Part shown: positions 1-7,009 of the stretch, piece after piece | Layout: each line of letters begins with the position of its first letter | Position numbering within the stretch: position 1 is the first letter of the stretch | Virus record (IMG/VR): IMGVR_UViG_3300038393_001217 | Coordinates: 1 to 40,753 of that record | DNA: 40,753 bases | DNA from: a virus | Taxonomy: Duplodnaviria; Caudoviricetes | Strand: one strand, 5' to 3' | Position numbers and translations under genes: made by a program | Notes under the pieces: model-generated | Told to the model about the DNA's origin: nothing | What the model saw: only the letters and a program-made list of their open reading frames with translations | The model's database searches: none

Positions 1-127
1 CTGATGACGCTCGTGTCGGTGCTGGGCGTGTTCGCCGCCGGACGGGTGATCTCCTCCTGGATCGACCGGGCCATGCCCTGAACGGAGACCTTCGATGAAA
101 CCCATCCTTCCCGCCCTTCTGGTGATC
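1..127. repeat. Terminal direct repeat of 40627-40753 (circular assembly overlap)
   Basis: The first 127 nt are identical to the last 127 nt. The repeat falls inside the lysis cassette, consistent with a k-mer overlap on a circular contig. Confidence 0.95.
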
Positions 128-349
128 GCTGGAGCCCTTGGGGGGTGTGCGACGATCCCGGGCCTCTCAGGCGATCCGCAAGGCCTGGAGACGCTGAAGG
201 CGATCAACGCCCATATCGAGACCTGCGAGCGGCACTATCAGGGCGGGTTGGGCGTTGGTGCAGCCTTCACGTTCCGCATCGACTGCCCGCCTGCGCAAGG
301 GCTGAAGCCGGGGGCTGTGGTGGGGGAGGCGGAAGCGCCTCCGTCCTAG
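95..349 (+). CDS. Lipoprotein in lysis cassette (o-spanin-like candidate)
   Basis: MKP, hydrophobic stretch and lipobox LGGC; GGAG RBS; last gene of the lysis cassette across the circular junction. Confidence 0.65.
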   Translation: MKPILPALLVIAGALGGCATIPGLSGDPQGLETLKAINAHIETCERHYQGGLGVGAAFTFRIDCPPAQGLKPGAVVGEAEAPPS

Positions 350-356
350 GCTTCAG

Positions 357-605
357 TCATTTCGGGGGCTCGGGGAGGGGTTGCCAGCCACCGAACCACC
401 AATCCGGCGCGCCCCCAAGGCCAGGATACACGGACCATCCGAGATCGTAGTCCGACCCCGTCCGCCCCGCATGCTGGACACAGAAGTGTCGGCCGTTCAG
501 ATGGTCCCAGAGTCCGTCTGCACCGGACACGAAAGCTAGAATGCGAGTCCCATCCTTCGGCGCGCTCTCAATCGGCCGCCATCCCTCCGCGCTATCGGGT
601 GTCAT
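357..605 (-). CDS. Phage hypothetical protein (WxPIExAPKDG motif, DUF551-like)
   Basis: GWRPIESAPKDGTRIL...WQPLPEPPK is a common phage motif; ATGA coupling with the upstream gene. Confidence 0.75.
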   Translation of the reverse strand: MTPDSAEGWRPIESAPKDGTRILAFVSGADGLWDHLNGRHFCVQHAGRTGSDYDLGWSVYPGLGGAPDWWFGGWQPLPEPPK

Positions 606-1096
606 TGAGGGCGAACGATTTCGCTCAATTGAGCGGTGGCAGAGATCGTCGCGCTCAGCAGGCCCAGGACGCGCGCGCGCTCCTTGCGGCGCCATTCGGC
701 CGTTTCGGGACTGTCGTCCTCGTATGGGTCTAGCTCCATCGCCCGCAATCCGTAGAATGGGTTGTGACGCTGCTCTGGGCTGAGCGATTGGTTCCATTCG
801 CGCTCAATCCGCGGCCAATCGCCGGGATGCAGAAGCGTCAGGCTCTCGTCAGGCGTCTTGCAGATCGTTGCGACACCGGGCGGGAACATCTTGGACAGCG
901 CCCAAGTCTCGCGCGGCGGTAGGCTGGACAGCATGAGGTCGATCTTCTCGACCGTGAGCGTGTTCGCCTCATCGTCCCACTTCGTGAGCGCCGCCGTCCC
1001 GGCTCCTGTGGCCGCGCCATAGAAGGCCGTGGTGAACGCGCCGTCGAGCTTCTGGCGCATGAACTCTTCCACCGCTCGGATCGCCTTTTCGGACAT
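602..1096 (-). CDS. Hypothetical protein
   Basis: MSEKAIRAVEEF... with a GAAGG RBS; coupled to 357..605. Start trimmed to avoid the tRNA leader. Confidence 0.6.
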   Translation of the reverse strand: MSEKAIRAVEEFMRQKLDGAFTTAFYGAATGAGTAALTKWDDEANTLTVEKIDLMLSSLPPRETWALSKMFPPGVATICKTPDESLTLLHPGDWPRIEREWNQSLSPEQRHNPFYGLRAMELDPYEDDSPETAEWRRKERARVLGLLSATISATAQLSEIVRPQ

Positions 1097-1140
1097 ACCT
1101 TCACCATCGCATATCCACCCCCTCACTTCAACGATCTCCC

Positions 1141-1169
1141 TTGAGTCCATTGGGGTTTTCGGGCATTGT
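1141..1169 (+). promoter_or_regulatory. Putative sigma70 promoter for RNA leader and tRNA-Gly
   Basis: TTGAGT-N17-CATTGT immediately before the structured RNA and tRNA. Confidence 0.5.
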
Positions 1170-1238
1170 GAAGGTGCAGGACTGGCGAATCCATCGGCCG
1201 CGACCGACGCCTTCGCGGAGGCGCGCTGGTCCTGCTTC
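1170..1238 (+). ncRNA. Putative three-way-junction RNA in the pre-tRNA leader
   Basis: P1 GCAGGACTGGCG(1176-1187)/CGCTGGTCCTGC(1224-1235); P2 TCGG/CCGA; P3 CGCCT/AGGCG; ends just before the tRNA. Confidence 0.45.
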
Positions 1239-1240
1239 AA

Positions 1241-1315
1241 GCGTCCGTAGCTCAATGGCAGAGCTACTGCCTTCCAAGCAGAAGACGACGGGTTCGATTC
1301 CTGCCGGGCGCTCCA
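1241..1315 (+). tRNA. tRNA-Gly (anticodon TCC)
   Basis: Acceptor GCGTCCG/CGGGCGC, discriminator T plus encoded CCA, D-arm GCTC/GAGC, anticodon loop CTTCCAA, T-loop TTCGATT. There is one mismatch each at the top of the anticodon stem and T stem. Confidence 0.9.
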
Positions 1316-1531
1316 TCACCCTCTCTCCCCCGCCGCTCTCTCAGCCCATCTCACGAAGTTAACAGCAAGCCTTCGGGCTTCATCCTTCGTCGGGACGGTC
1401 TCAGGGTTCGTGCCGGCGACGGATCTGTACTGGAAAGGGAAGTTCGCCAGCCCCACCCCGTTTGCATCCTTCACCGTGTAGCAGTGGCCCATGTCGTGGA
1501 TGGTCCAGGGCAAGGGGAGGCGGCGAGGCAT
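1316..1531 (-). CDS. Hypothetical protein
   Basis: MPRRLPLPWTIHDMGHCYTVKDANG...TKDEARRLAVNF resembles small alphaproteobacterial prophage proteins. Confidence 0.6.
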   Translation of the reverse strand: MPRRLPLPWTIHDMGHCYTVKDANGVGLANFPFQYRSVAGTNPETVPTKDEARRLAVNFVRWAERAAGERG

Positions 1532-1552
1532 CGTGAACGTCCGCGGAACACA

Positions 1553-1783
1553 GTCCCCCAGAAGTCCCCACCTTGCCCCGCGTCGTTTCCGATTCGTTGC
1601 GCCCCGAAAACGTGGGGAGTGGGATGAGGCTCCCCCGCTTCGCCGAGGGAAACATGGTGCCGCCGGGCAGGATTGAACTGCCGACCTCAGCCTTACCAAG
1701 GATGCAGTGCCGTCCATCAAAAGCCGTTACCGATCATGGGCTTAACGCTTCCCGGCGAGGGGCGCTCCCCTTGTTGTCCCCAC
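1553..1783. repeat. Candidate integrase arm-type sites (GTCCCC[C]A repeats) flanking the attP core
   Basis: GTCCCCCA at 1553, GTCCCCAC at 1564 and 1776, inverted GTGGGGAG at 1612, on both sides of the core. Confidence 0.5.
1655..1705 (-). other. attP core: 3' half of tRNA-Thr(GGT)
   Basis: The minus strand reads GCATCCTTGGTAAGGCTGAGGTCGGCAGTTCAATCCTGCCCGGCGGCACCA (anticodon arm to CCA, no 5' half), 11 bp after the integrase stop. Confidence 0.88.
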
Positions 1784-2805
1784 AAAGCGGCCTGAGATGG
1801 CGCCAGATCGGACGCGTTCACGTGGGTGTAGCGGAACACCATCGCCGGCGTCTTCCAGCCCCCCAGGCGCATCAGCGCGCCGATGTCGCGGTTCGCGATG
1901 TAATGCCAGGTCGCCCAGGTGTGGCGGCAGTCGTGCGGCGAGAAGTCGGCCACCTTGGCGCGCTTCAGCATCCCCGCCCATGCGGTCTTTACCTGCCCGC
2001 CGCCTTCGCCCTCGCGGCTCTCGTAGGGCAGCCAGACGCGGCCCGTGGTCTTGATCTTGCCGGCGGGCCTGCGGAAGACGAAGCCCTCCCGATCCCATTG
2101 CAGGTTCGCCAGCTCGGCGACGGCGCGGGCCGGCAGCGGCACGCCGCGCGCCTCGTCGGTCTTGATCCCGCGGGCGTCGGTCGGCCGGAACGTGACGTGC
2201 GCCCGCGAGAGGTCGACGTCCGCCCATTCCAGATAGAGCGCCTCGGACAGTCGGGCGCCGGTGGACAGCAGGAACACCACGAGCGGGCGTAGATGCGGCG
2301 CGGCGGCGGCGATCAGCCGCTCAGCCTCCGCATAGGTGATCCAGCGCACGCGTTCCTTGTCGTGGCCCTTCGGCCGGGCGATGACGGGCTTGGGACACCA
2401 TTTCAGCCGCGCCGCGTGGTGCAGGATCGCGGACATGGGCGTGTAGACTTTGCGGTTCTGGGTAGCCGGGGACGCCTTCGGGCAGAGCTTGCGCGCGGCG
2501 GCTTCGATCTCAGCCTGACCGATGCTGGCGATCAGCGTCTTGTCACCGAAGTGGACAAGCAGCGGGTCGACGTGCTGGCGCTCGCCGCCGTTCGCCATGT
2601 AGCTCAGCGCTGCCTCTGCAAATGTGCGGACAGCGGGATCACCATGGATGGACTGCTGGAGGAGGTCGTTCTCGCGCTTGATGCGGACCTCTTCGGCTTT
2701 CTTGCGGTCGCCAAGGCCCGTGCTTTCGTCAACGCGGATGCCCCTGACAGAGCCGCGGAGGTACCAGTAAGGGGAGCCGTGTCGCTGGACGAGCTTGAGG
2801 GGCAT
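1717..2805 (-). CDS. int: Tyrosine recombinase / phage integrase
   Basis: TGARLSE (catalytic R), HDCRH, LGGW and FRYTH (catalytic Y) motifs; adjacent to attP. Confidence 0.95.
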   Translation of the reverse strand: MPLKLVQRHGSPYWYLRGSVRGIRVDESTGLGDRKKAEEVRIKRENDLLQQSIHGDPAVRTFAEAALSYMANGGERQHVDPLLVHFGDKTLIASIGQAEIEAAARKLCPKASPATQNRKVYTPMSAILHHAARLKWCPKPVIARPKGHDKERVRWITYAEAERLIAAAAPHLRPLVVFLLSTGARLSEALYLEWADVDLSRAHVTFRPTDARGIKTDEARGVPLPARAVAELANLQWDREGFVFRRPAGKIKTTGRVWLPYESREGEGGGQVKTAWAGMLKRAKVADFSPHDCRHTWATWHYIANRDIGALMRLGGWKTPAMVFRYTHVNASDLAPSQAALWGQQGERPSPGSVKPMIGNGF

Positions 2806-2975
2806 GGAAGCTTCTCGAGGAGCGCCCGCACGTCGTCAGGCGTGAAGATGTACGTGCGGCCGAGTTTCCGGCCGACCTGATGCTGCCGCGCAAGCCTCAG
2901 AAGCAGATCCTCCCCACATGGGACGATCTTTTCCACAACAAGCTCGCGGGCGGTCTTGATGACGGGGAAGGTCAT
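2604..2975 (-). CDS. Excisionase-like DNA-binding protein
   Basis: Immediately upstream of int; RKLGRTYIFTPDDVRALL wing motif of Xis/MerR-like HTH proteins; low-complexity tail overlaps the int start. Confidence 0.65.
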   Translation of the reverse strand: MTFPVIKTARELVVEKIVPCGEDLLLRLARQHQVGRKLGRTYIFTPDDVRALLEKLPCPSSSSSDTAPLTGTSAALSGASALTKARALATARKPKRSASSARTTSSSSPSMVIPLSAHLQRQR

Positions 2976-3166
2976 GCGGCCCGCCAATGCTGCGTGGGGA
3001 GCCATTTGCGGTGCTTGAAATGCACGCCCTCATCCTCATCGTAGTCGTCAAACTCGATGAGGGTGGCGTTCCGCTCACCTTCCTGAATGCTCGCGATCAC
3101 CACTCCCTCTCGGTCATCGAAGATCGAGCGTACGCGCTGGCCCACCGTGTGAGGTGTTGCAGTCAT
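2972..3166 (-). CDS. Hypothetical protein (small beta-rich)
   Basis: MTATPHTVGQRVRSIFDDREGVV..., ATGA-coupled on both sides, GAGGA RBS. Confidence 0.6.
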   Translation of the reverse strand: MTATPHTVGQRVRSIFDDREGVVIASIQEGERNATLIEFDDYDEDEGVHFKHRKWLPTQHWRAA

Positions 3167-3263
3167 GCGGCTTCCTCGCTTGGACACCAGTCGCCGCAGT
3201 CGGCGTCGTCTAGGTCTTCGGCGTACAGGTCCAACTGCGTCCGGCGGGCGTGGGCCTCTCGGA

Positions 3264-3392
3264 TCAGGTCGGCCACTCCTCAAAAGCGCCGAAGGGGTCC
3301 ATCATGATCGACGCGTCCTCGGCCTCCAGAAAGGCCGCGCACATCTCCTCTGTCGGCTCTCTCGGAACCGTAACCCAGGCGTCTTCAGTCAT
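3264..3392 (-). CDS. Small hypothetical protein (VPREPTEEM motif)
   Basis: Own translation: MTEDAWVTVPREPTEEMCAAFLEAEDASIMMDPFGAFEEWPT; the PREPTEEM motif is common in phage proteins. Confidence 0.5.
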   Translation of the reverse strand: MTEDAWVTVPREPTEEMCAAFLEAEDASIMMDPFGAFEEWPT

Positions 3393-3690
3393 GGGAGGCC
3401 TCGGGAGAGAGGGCGGCGAGCGCCGAGTTCAGGCCGGCGCGGACGCCGCGGTCGTATGCGCCGTGTGTGCGGCCCACGAGTTCGGAGCGAAGCATCTTGG
3501 CGATCTCGTCGCGCCCCGCCTCCAGCGCGGCCACGCGGGCTTGGGAGGCGTCCAGAGCCGAGATGGTTGCCCCGATGCTGTCGTGAAGTGCGGCTGTGGT
3601 TGCGCCTATCCGCAGAAGCCCCGCGAACTCCTCTAGTCCCACGCCAGACAGCGCGCGCAGGTACTCCACCGCTTCGTGTCGGTCATCCAT
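3385..3690 (-). CDS. Hypothetical coiled-coil protein
   Basis: ORF track; lies in the operon with overlapping stop/start. Confidence 0.6.
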   Translation of the reverse strand: MDDRHEAVEYLRALSGVGLEEFAGLLRIGATTAALHDSIGATISALDASQARVAALEAGRDEIAKMLRSELVGRTHGAYDRGVRAGLNSALAALSPEASHD

Positions 3691-3834
3691 CTAGTCGGCC
3701 CCCGAGCAATTGGGGCAGATGCGGCCCCATGACCTGTGAAAAGGGGCGGAACACGCTGGGCAGCGCTTCACGCCGGGACGAACGGTCAGCCACCACCAAT
3801 GGCGGATGGCGCGCAGGATCGACGCGTCACCCAC
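3691..3834 (-). CDS. Small zinc-ribbon protein
   Basis: CPAC...CPNC; GTG start overlapping the upstream stop. Confidence 0.45.
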   Translation of the reverse strand: MGDASILRAIRHWWWLTVRPGVKRCPACSAPFHRSWGRICPNCSGAD

Positions 3835-4045
3835 GTTCGCCCTCCTTGGTGAGGGCGGCGCGGCCGGCTTGGGTCGGCTGCGCGTACAGAACACCGAACA
3901 GCAACCCTCTGCGCTGTAGGCCATCCAGCACGCCTTGGACGGGCGCGGAAAGGAAGGTGCGGTCTACGCCAAGCTTTCCGGCATCAGCGCGGATCACCGC
4001 TCGCTCCAGCCACACACGCTCGGCCTTCGTCAGCTTCTCACCCAT
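3827..4045 (-). CDS. Hypothetical protein (winged-helix-like)
   Basis: KLTKAER...LQRRGLL...TQAGRAAL pattern; operon context. Confidence 0.6.
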   Translation of the reverse strand: MGEKLTKAERVWLERAVIRADAGKLGVDRTFLSAPVQGVLDGLQRRGLLFGVLYAQPTQAGRAALTKEGERG

Positions 4046-4469
4046 GGGACTGGTCCTTGAGGGCGGCGTAGGCGTGCTGGACCGCGTGGCGCAGGGTCTG
4101 ATGCATCGTCACCAGCGGATGCATCGCCCACGAGCCGAGCGGGCGCATGGAGTGCGGCTCCAGCTTGACGCCAGGGGCGACCACGAGCACGCGCTTGCCA
4201 AGGGCCATCGCTGCGCCGATTTCGACCAGCGCGCCCTTGAGCGGGAAGTCGTCCTGCTCGACGTAGAGGATCAAGGCGTCAGCTTCCTTGACCTCCCACA
4301 TGATCCTCCGCCACAGTTCGGTCAGGCAAGCGGTCTCGCCTTCGCCAGCCTCGTCGATCCACGTTGAGGTGATTTCGACACCGCGCTGGCGCAGATCGCG
4401 CCACATGGCCGAGCGCTCTGGCACGCTCGCACGACTCGCGACGTAGAACTTCACGGCACTCCCGCTCAT
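4038..4469 (-). CDS. Nucleoside 2'-deoxyribosyltransferase-like protein
   Basis: FYVAS start, EADALILY, and GALVEIGAAMALGKRV carrying the NDT catalytic Glu motif. Confidence 0.7.
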   Translation of the reverse strand: MSGSAVKFYVASRASVPERSAMWRDLRQRGVEITSTWIDEAGEGETACLTELWRRIMWEVKEADALILYVEQDDFPLKGALVEIGAAMALGKRVLVVAPGVKLEPHSMRPLGSWAMHPLVTMHQTLRHAVQHAYAALKDQSHG

Positions 4470-4515
4470 TCGCTCTTGTCCTTCGGATGGAGTTCGGCGT
4501 GGACGATGGGGGCGG

Positions 4516-4722
4516 TCATGGTTCGAGGACTGTCTCAGGGATCGAAGTGGCCGGGTGGTGTTGATCTAGCCACGCCAGCAGCAGCGCCATCTCAGAAACG
4601 CCAACCCTGCACATCCTGCGGGTGTTTATCGCGCTCGTGGTGCTGTGGTGCATGAAGTCGGCGGCGTCCATGCGGAGCCGCTGGACAGCTCGGGCAACGG
4701 CTTCAGGCATGATGTCGTTCAT
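4516..4722 (-). CDS. Hypothetical protein (array cassette)
   Basis: 68-aa ORF between repeat sites at 4521 and 4724. Confidence 0.55.
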   Translation of the reverse strand: MNDIMPEAVARAVQRLRMDAADFMHHSTTSAINTRRMCRVGVSEMALLLAWLDQHHPATSIPETVLEP

Positions 4723-4744
4723 CGTTCGGTCGCCATCGATTCGT

Positions 4745-4924
4745 CTAAGTAGGCCTGGCGGCGTCGTAGATTGCGTCTACGAGCCCGCTGCGCTGGTTGT
4801 CCCCGGCAAGCTGGTCCGCGAGCCGCTTCAGGCTGATGGCGATGGAGATAAGCGCGGCGGCTTCGGGGCTGGTCGCCGACCATGCTCCAGGCTCGACGAT
4901 CTCGGTCCAATCGGGTCTGCTCAT
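4745..4924 (-). CDS. Hypothetical protein (array cassette)
   Basis: Own translation, 59 aa: MSRPDWTEIVEPGAWSATSPEAAALISIAISLKRLADQL...; the stop TAG lies in a repeat arm. Confidence 0.6.
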   Translation of the reverse strand: MSRPDWTEIVEPGAWSATSPEAAALISIAISLKRLADQLAGDNQRSGLVDAIYDAARPT

Positions 4925-4947
4925 GGTTCGATCCCTATCTCGGGGTT

Positions 4948-5088
4948 CTAATCGACATCGGCGTTGTCGATCTCGTCAGAGAGACCTTCGGCCGCGCCAA
5001 TCAGGTCCGCGTGCATTTCGCCGAGATCGCAACCGGCCATCTTCGCGCGAGTGATCAGGGCGTCGAGTTCTTCCTGGAAATTGAACAT
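4948..5088 (-). CDS. Small acidic hypothetical protein (array cassette)
   Basis: Own translation, 46 aa: MFNFQEELDALITRAKMAGCDLGEMHADLIGAAEGLSDEIDNADVD; AGGAG RBS; the stop TAG lies in a repeat arm. Confidence 0.65.
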   Translation of the reverse strand: MFNFQEELDALITRAKMAGCDLGEMHADLIGAAEGLSDEIDNADVD

Positions 5089-5106
5089 GTCTATTCTCCT
5101 GTGGAG

Positions 5107-5325
5107 TTAGAGGACTGCTTTGGTCTTGTGATCTGCGTCGAGGACATCGCGCAGCGGTGCGAGGTCAAATTCCTCCATGCCGGTCGCAATGAGGTCGGAG
5201 AGCCCGAGCCCGAAACCGGCAAGCACTTCGCAGACGATGGTGTCTGCGCCGTAGGTCCGCTGAACCTCCGCCATTGCCAGGCCGACGCCGAGGTTGAACA
5301 TGCGATCATCGCGCCGGTTGCTCAC
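5107..5325 (-). CDS. Hypothetical acidic protein (array cassette)
   Basis: GTG start directly after the repeat; the stop TAA lies in a repeat arm. Confidence 0.55.
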   Translation of the reverse strand: MSNRRDDRMFNLGVGLAMAEVQRTYGADTIVCEVLAGFGLGLSDLIATGMEEFDLAPLRDVLDADHKTKAVL

Positions 5326-5519
5326 GGTTCGATCCCCTGCTTCGTCTCCGAAATGCCATCCCAATTGACCACGGCGACGACGGTCCTGCCGTCCGTGTCG
5401 ATCAGGCGGATGTCGGTCCCGATGCTCTCGTCAAGGAGGCAGCCGTGGAAGTAGTCCGCCGCCGTCTTGAGGGTTGGGAAGTCGAAGCGGCTGCCGTCGT
5501 GTTCGATCCAGAACGTCAT
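5322..5519 (-). CDS. Hypothetical protein (array cassette)
   Basis: 65 aa ending in GIEP, which is encoded by the repeat. Confidence 0.55.
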   Translation of the reverse strand: MTFWIEHDGSRFDFPTLKTAADYFHGCLLDESIGTDIRLIDTDGRTVVAVVNWDGISETKQGIEP

Positions 5520-5740
5520 GGCTGTTCGATCTCTGCGAGCGCACCCCTGCCAGCGTCAGTGAGTTCGTACCAGTTGTTCACGCCGACCCGGATCAGGCCG
5601 AGGGACGTAAGCTTGCCGACTGCGTTAGGGCTCGCGCCGATGATCCGCCACGCGCCGTATCCGCAGTTCATCTGACGGACAGTGGACGGAAGCCGAGCTA
5701 CGGCTTCCAGGGTCTCGGCCTGGAGAGCGGTCAGTTTCAT
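5516..5740 (-). CDS. Hypothetical winged-helix-like protein (array cassette)
   Basis: MKLTALQAETL...LTSLGLI...YELTDAGRGAL; ends in EIEQP from a repeat half-site. Confidence 0.6.
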   Translation of the reverse strand: MKLTALQAETLEAVARLPSTVRQMNCGYGAWRIIGASPNAVGKLTSLGLIRVGVNNWYELTDAGRGALAEIEQP

Positions 5741-6270
5741 GGTTGTTCGATCCCTGGGACGGTCTTCGAAGTGAGTTCGGCGTGGACCTGGGAGGCGCGT
5801 TCGCACGCATCGTTGAAGTCGCGGCGCAGGTCGCGGTCGTCTTCCCGCATCCACTCGCTGGCCGCATCGCCGCGCGCGAAGTGTGCTGAGACCAGATCAG
5901 CCGCCACGGTTGCTCGGTGGGCGATGAACCACTCCAGCGCCCCCAGCGCCTTGGCGAGACGTTCCTGGAGGGAGGCGCGTTCGGAGAGGAGGGCGAGGAC
6001 CACACGCGGCGGGAAGGCGCGGAAATACGCCTCCCATTGGCCGTGCTCAGCCCCAATCCCAAAGAACTGCACGCCGAGCGGCTTGTCGTCGAAGTTGCAG
6101 TAGGTGGAGCCCTGAACCTCGCCGCGGCCCTCGCAAGCGGGGCACTCGTACCACTTGTCCGCCTCTTTAAAGCCGTACTCTCCGCTCTTTGGCGCGCTGT
6201 CGATGTCACCAGGCGTAGAGACCGCCTCCGCTATCGCTATCAGGTCTGGTGTTGGGGGAAGGGGGGTCAT
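5737..6270 (-). CDS. Ead/Ea22-like protein with CxxCxGxG motif
   Basis: LIAIAEAVSTPG...YFRAFPPRVVLALL resembles the Ea22/Ead pattern; ends in GIEQP from the repeat. Confidence 0.55.
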   Translation of the reverse strand: MTPLPPTPDLIAIAEAVSTPGDIDSAPKSGEYGFKEADKWYECPACEGRGEVQGSTYCNFDDKPLGVQFFGIGAEHGQWEAYFRAFPPRVVLALLSERASLQERLAKALGALEWFIAHRATVAADLVSAHFARGDAASEWMREDDRDLRRDFNDACERASQVHAELTSKTVPGIEQP

Positions 6271-6344
6271 GGGTTCGTCCCGGAGTTGCCCAGTTGGACG
6301 TGGGGCCCTGCCCACGCCACCCGATAGGCCGTGCGATGGAGAGG

Positions 6345-6701
6345 TCATGGCATCGGCCTCGTGCGTTCAAAGCCCCGACCCTTCAGCGGGCGCCTGGACT
6401 TCGGGTAGATCCCGAGATGCTTCAGGCGCATCCGGTCGGCCTTCGCGCGCTCGGTAGCCTCACGGGCCGTCTTCTCGCGATGGGCCCCGACCAAGGCGGG
6501 GGCGAGGTTGCCTTCCCGGTGCTCGCCGCCCATGCTCAGTGGCTTCACGTGCTCCAGCTCCCACGCCTCGCCGACCCGGATCGGCCGCTTGCTGATGTGG
6601 CAGATGCCGTTGTGGGCCAGGAACACACGGACGCGCACTCGCTCCGGAACCTTGCTGTCGGCCGTCTTGCCGATCCACTCGACGACGCTGCGGCCGGTCA
6701 T
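6345..6701 (-). CDS. HNH endonuclease
   Basis: WELEHVKPLSMGGEHREGNLAPAL...HREKT motif. Confidence 0.8.
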   Translation of the reverse strand: MTGRSVVEWIGKTADSKVPERVRVRVFLAHNGICHISKRPIRVGEAWELEHVKPLSMGGEHREGNLAPALVGAHREKTAREATERAKADRMRLKHLGIYPKSRRPLKGRGFERTRPMP

Positions 6702-7009
6702 CCCGCCACCGCCTTTGCCAGAAAGGCTTCACGCGGGTCATACTGTCCAGGAGCTGCGAACTCCTCCGGCAGCTTGTCGCCCTTGGCCTCGTTGCACCAG
6801 GCGTGGGCGGCGACCACGTTCTCATAGTGGTCTCGCCCGCCCCGGCTCAGCGGGATGAGGTGATCACAGGTGGGCTCCAGCACTCGCTTTCCGCACCAAT
6901 AGCAAAGGCCGCCCTGGTCCTTGAGCTTTTTGGCCGTCCAATTTCGACGCTTGTTCGCCTGGAGCTGCGCCAGAAGTCGCTTAGATGGTTTACGAAGACG
7001 TCGGCTCAC
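6698..7009 (-). CDS. HNH endonuclease
   Basis: CYWC...TCDHLIPLSRGG...NVVAAHAWCNEAKG; GTG start coupled to ninB. Confidence 0.85.
   Translation of the reverse strand: MSRRLRKPSKRLLAQLQANKRRNWTAKKLKDQGGLCYWCGKRVLEPTCDHLIPLSRGGRDHYENVVAAHAWCNEAKGDKLPEEFAAPGQYDPREAFLAKAVAG

Larger units (their letters stand above)
4521..5771. repeat. Array of degenerate 27-bp inverted-repeat sites at gene junctions, about 200-bp period
   Basis: Sites at 4521, 4724 (26 bp), 4926, 5106, 5327, 5524 (half) and 5745. The four best copies fit TT[C/A]GA-N15-TC[G/T]AA with at most one mismatch. Confidence 0.75.

Noticed and set aside
1-127. Biological terminal repeat of the virion DNA
   Set aside because: It is exactly 127 nt, a common assembler k-mer, and cuts through lysis genes; an assembly overlap explains it better.
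1655-1705. Functional tRNA-Thr gene
   Set aside because: The 5' acceptor strand and D-arm are missing; interpreted as the attP core.
3165-4367. 400-aa plus-strand ORF
   Set aside because: Arg/Pro-rich shadow of the coupled minus-strand operon.
4521-5771. CRISPR array, or tRNA fragments (GGTTCGATCCC looks like a T-loop)
   Set aside because: The repeats are degenerate and separated by ~150-195 bp coding intervals, no cas genes are present, and no cloverleaf surrounds the motif.
4521-5771. Classical integron attC or Xer dif sites
   Set aside because: The sites are too short for attC and lack the full RYYYAAC...GTTRRRY hairpin. No TTATG-type XerD arm is present, and the integrase looks like an ordinary phage Int.
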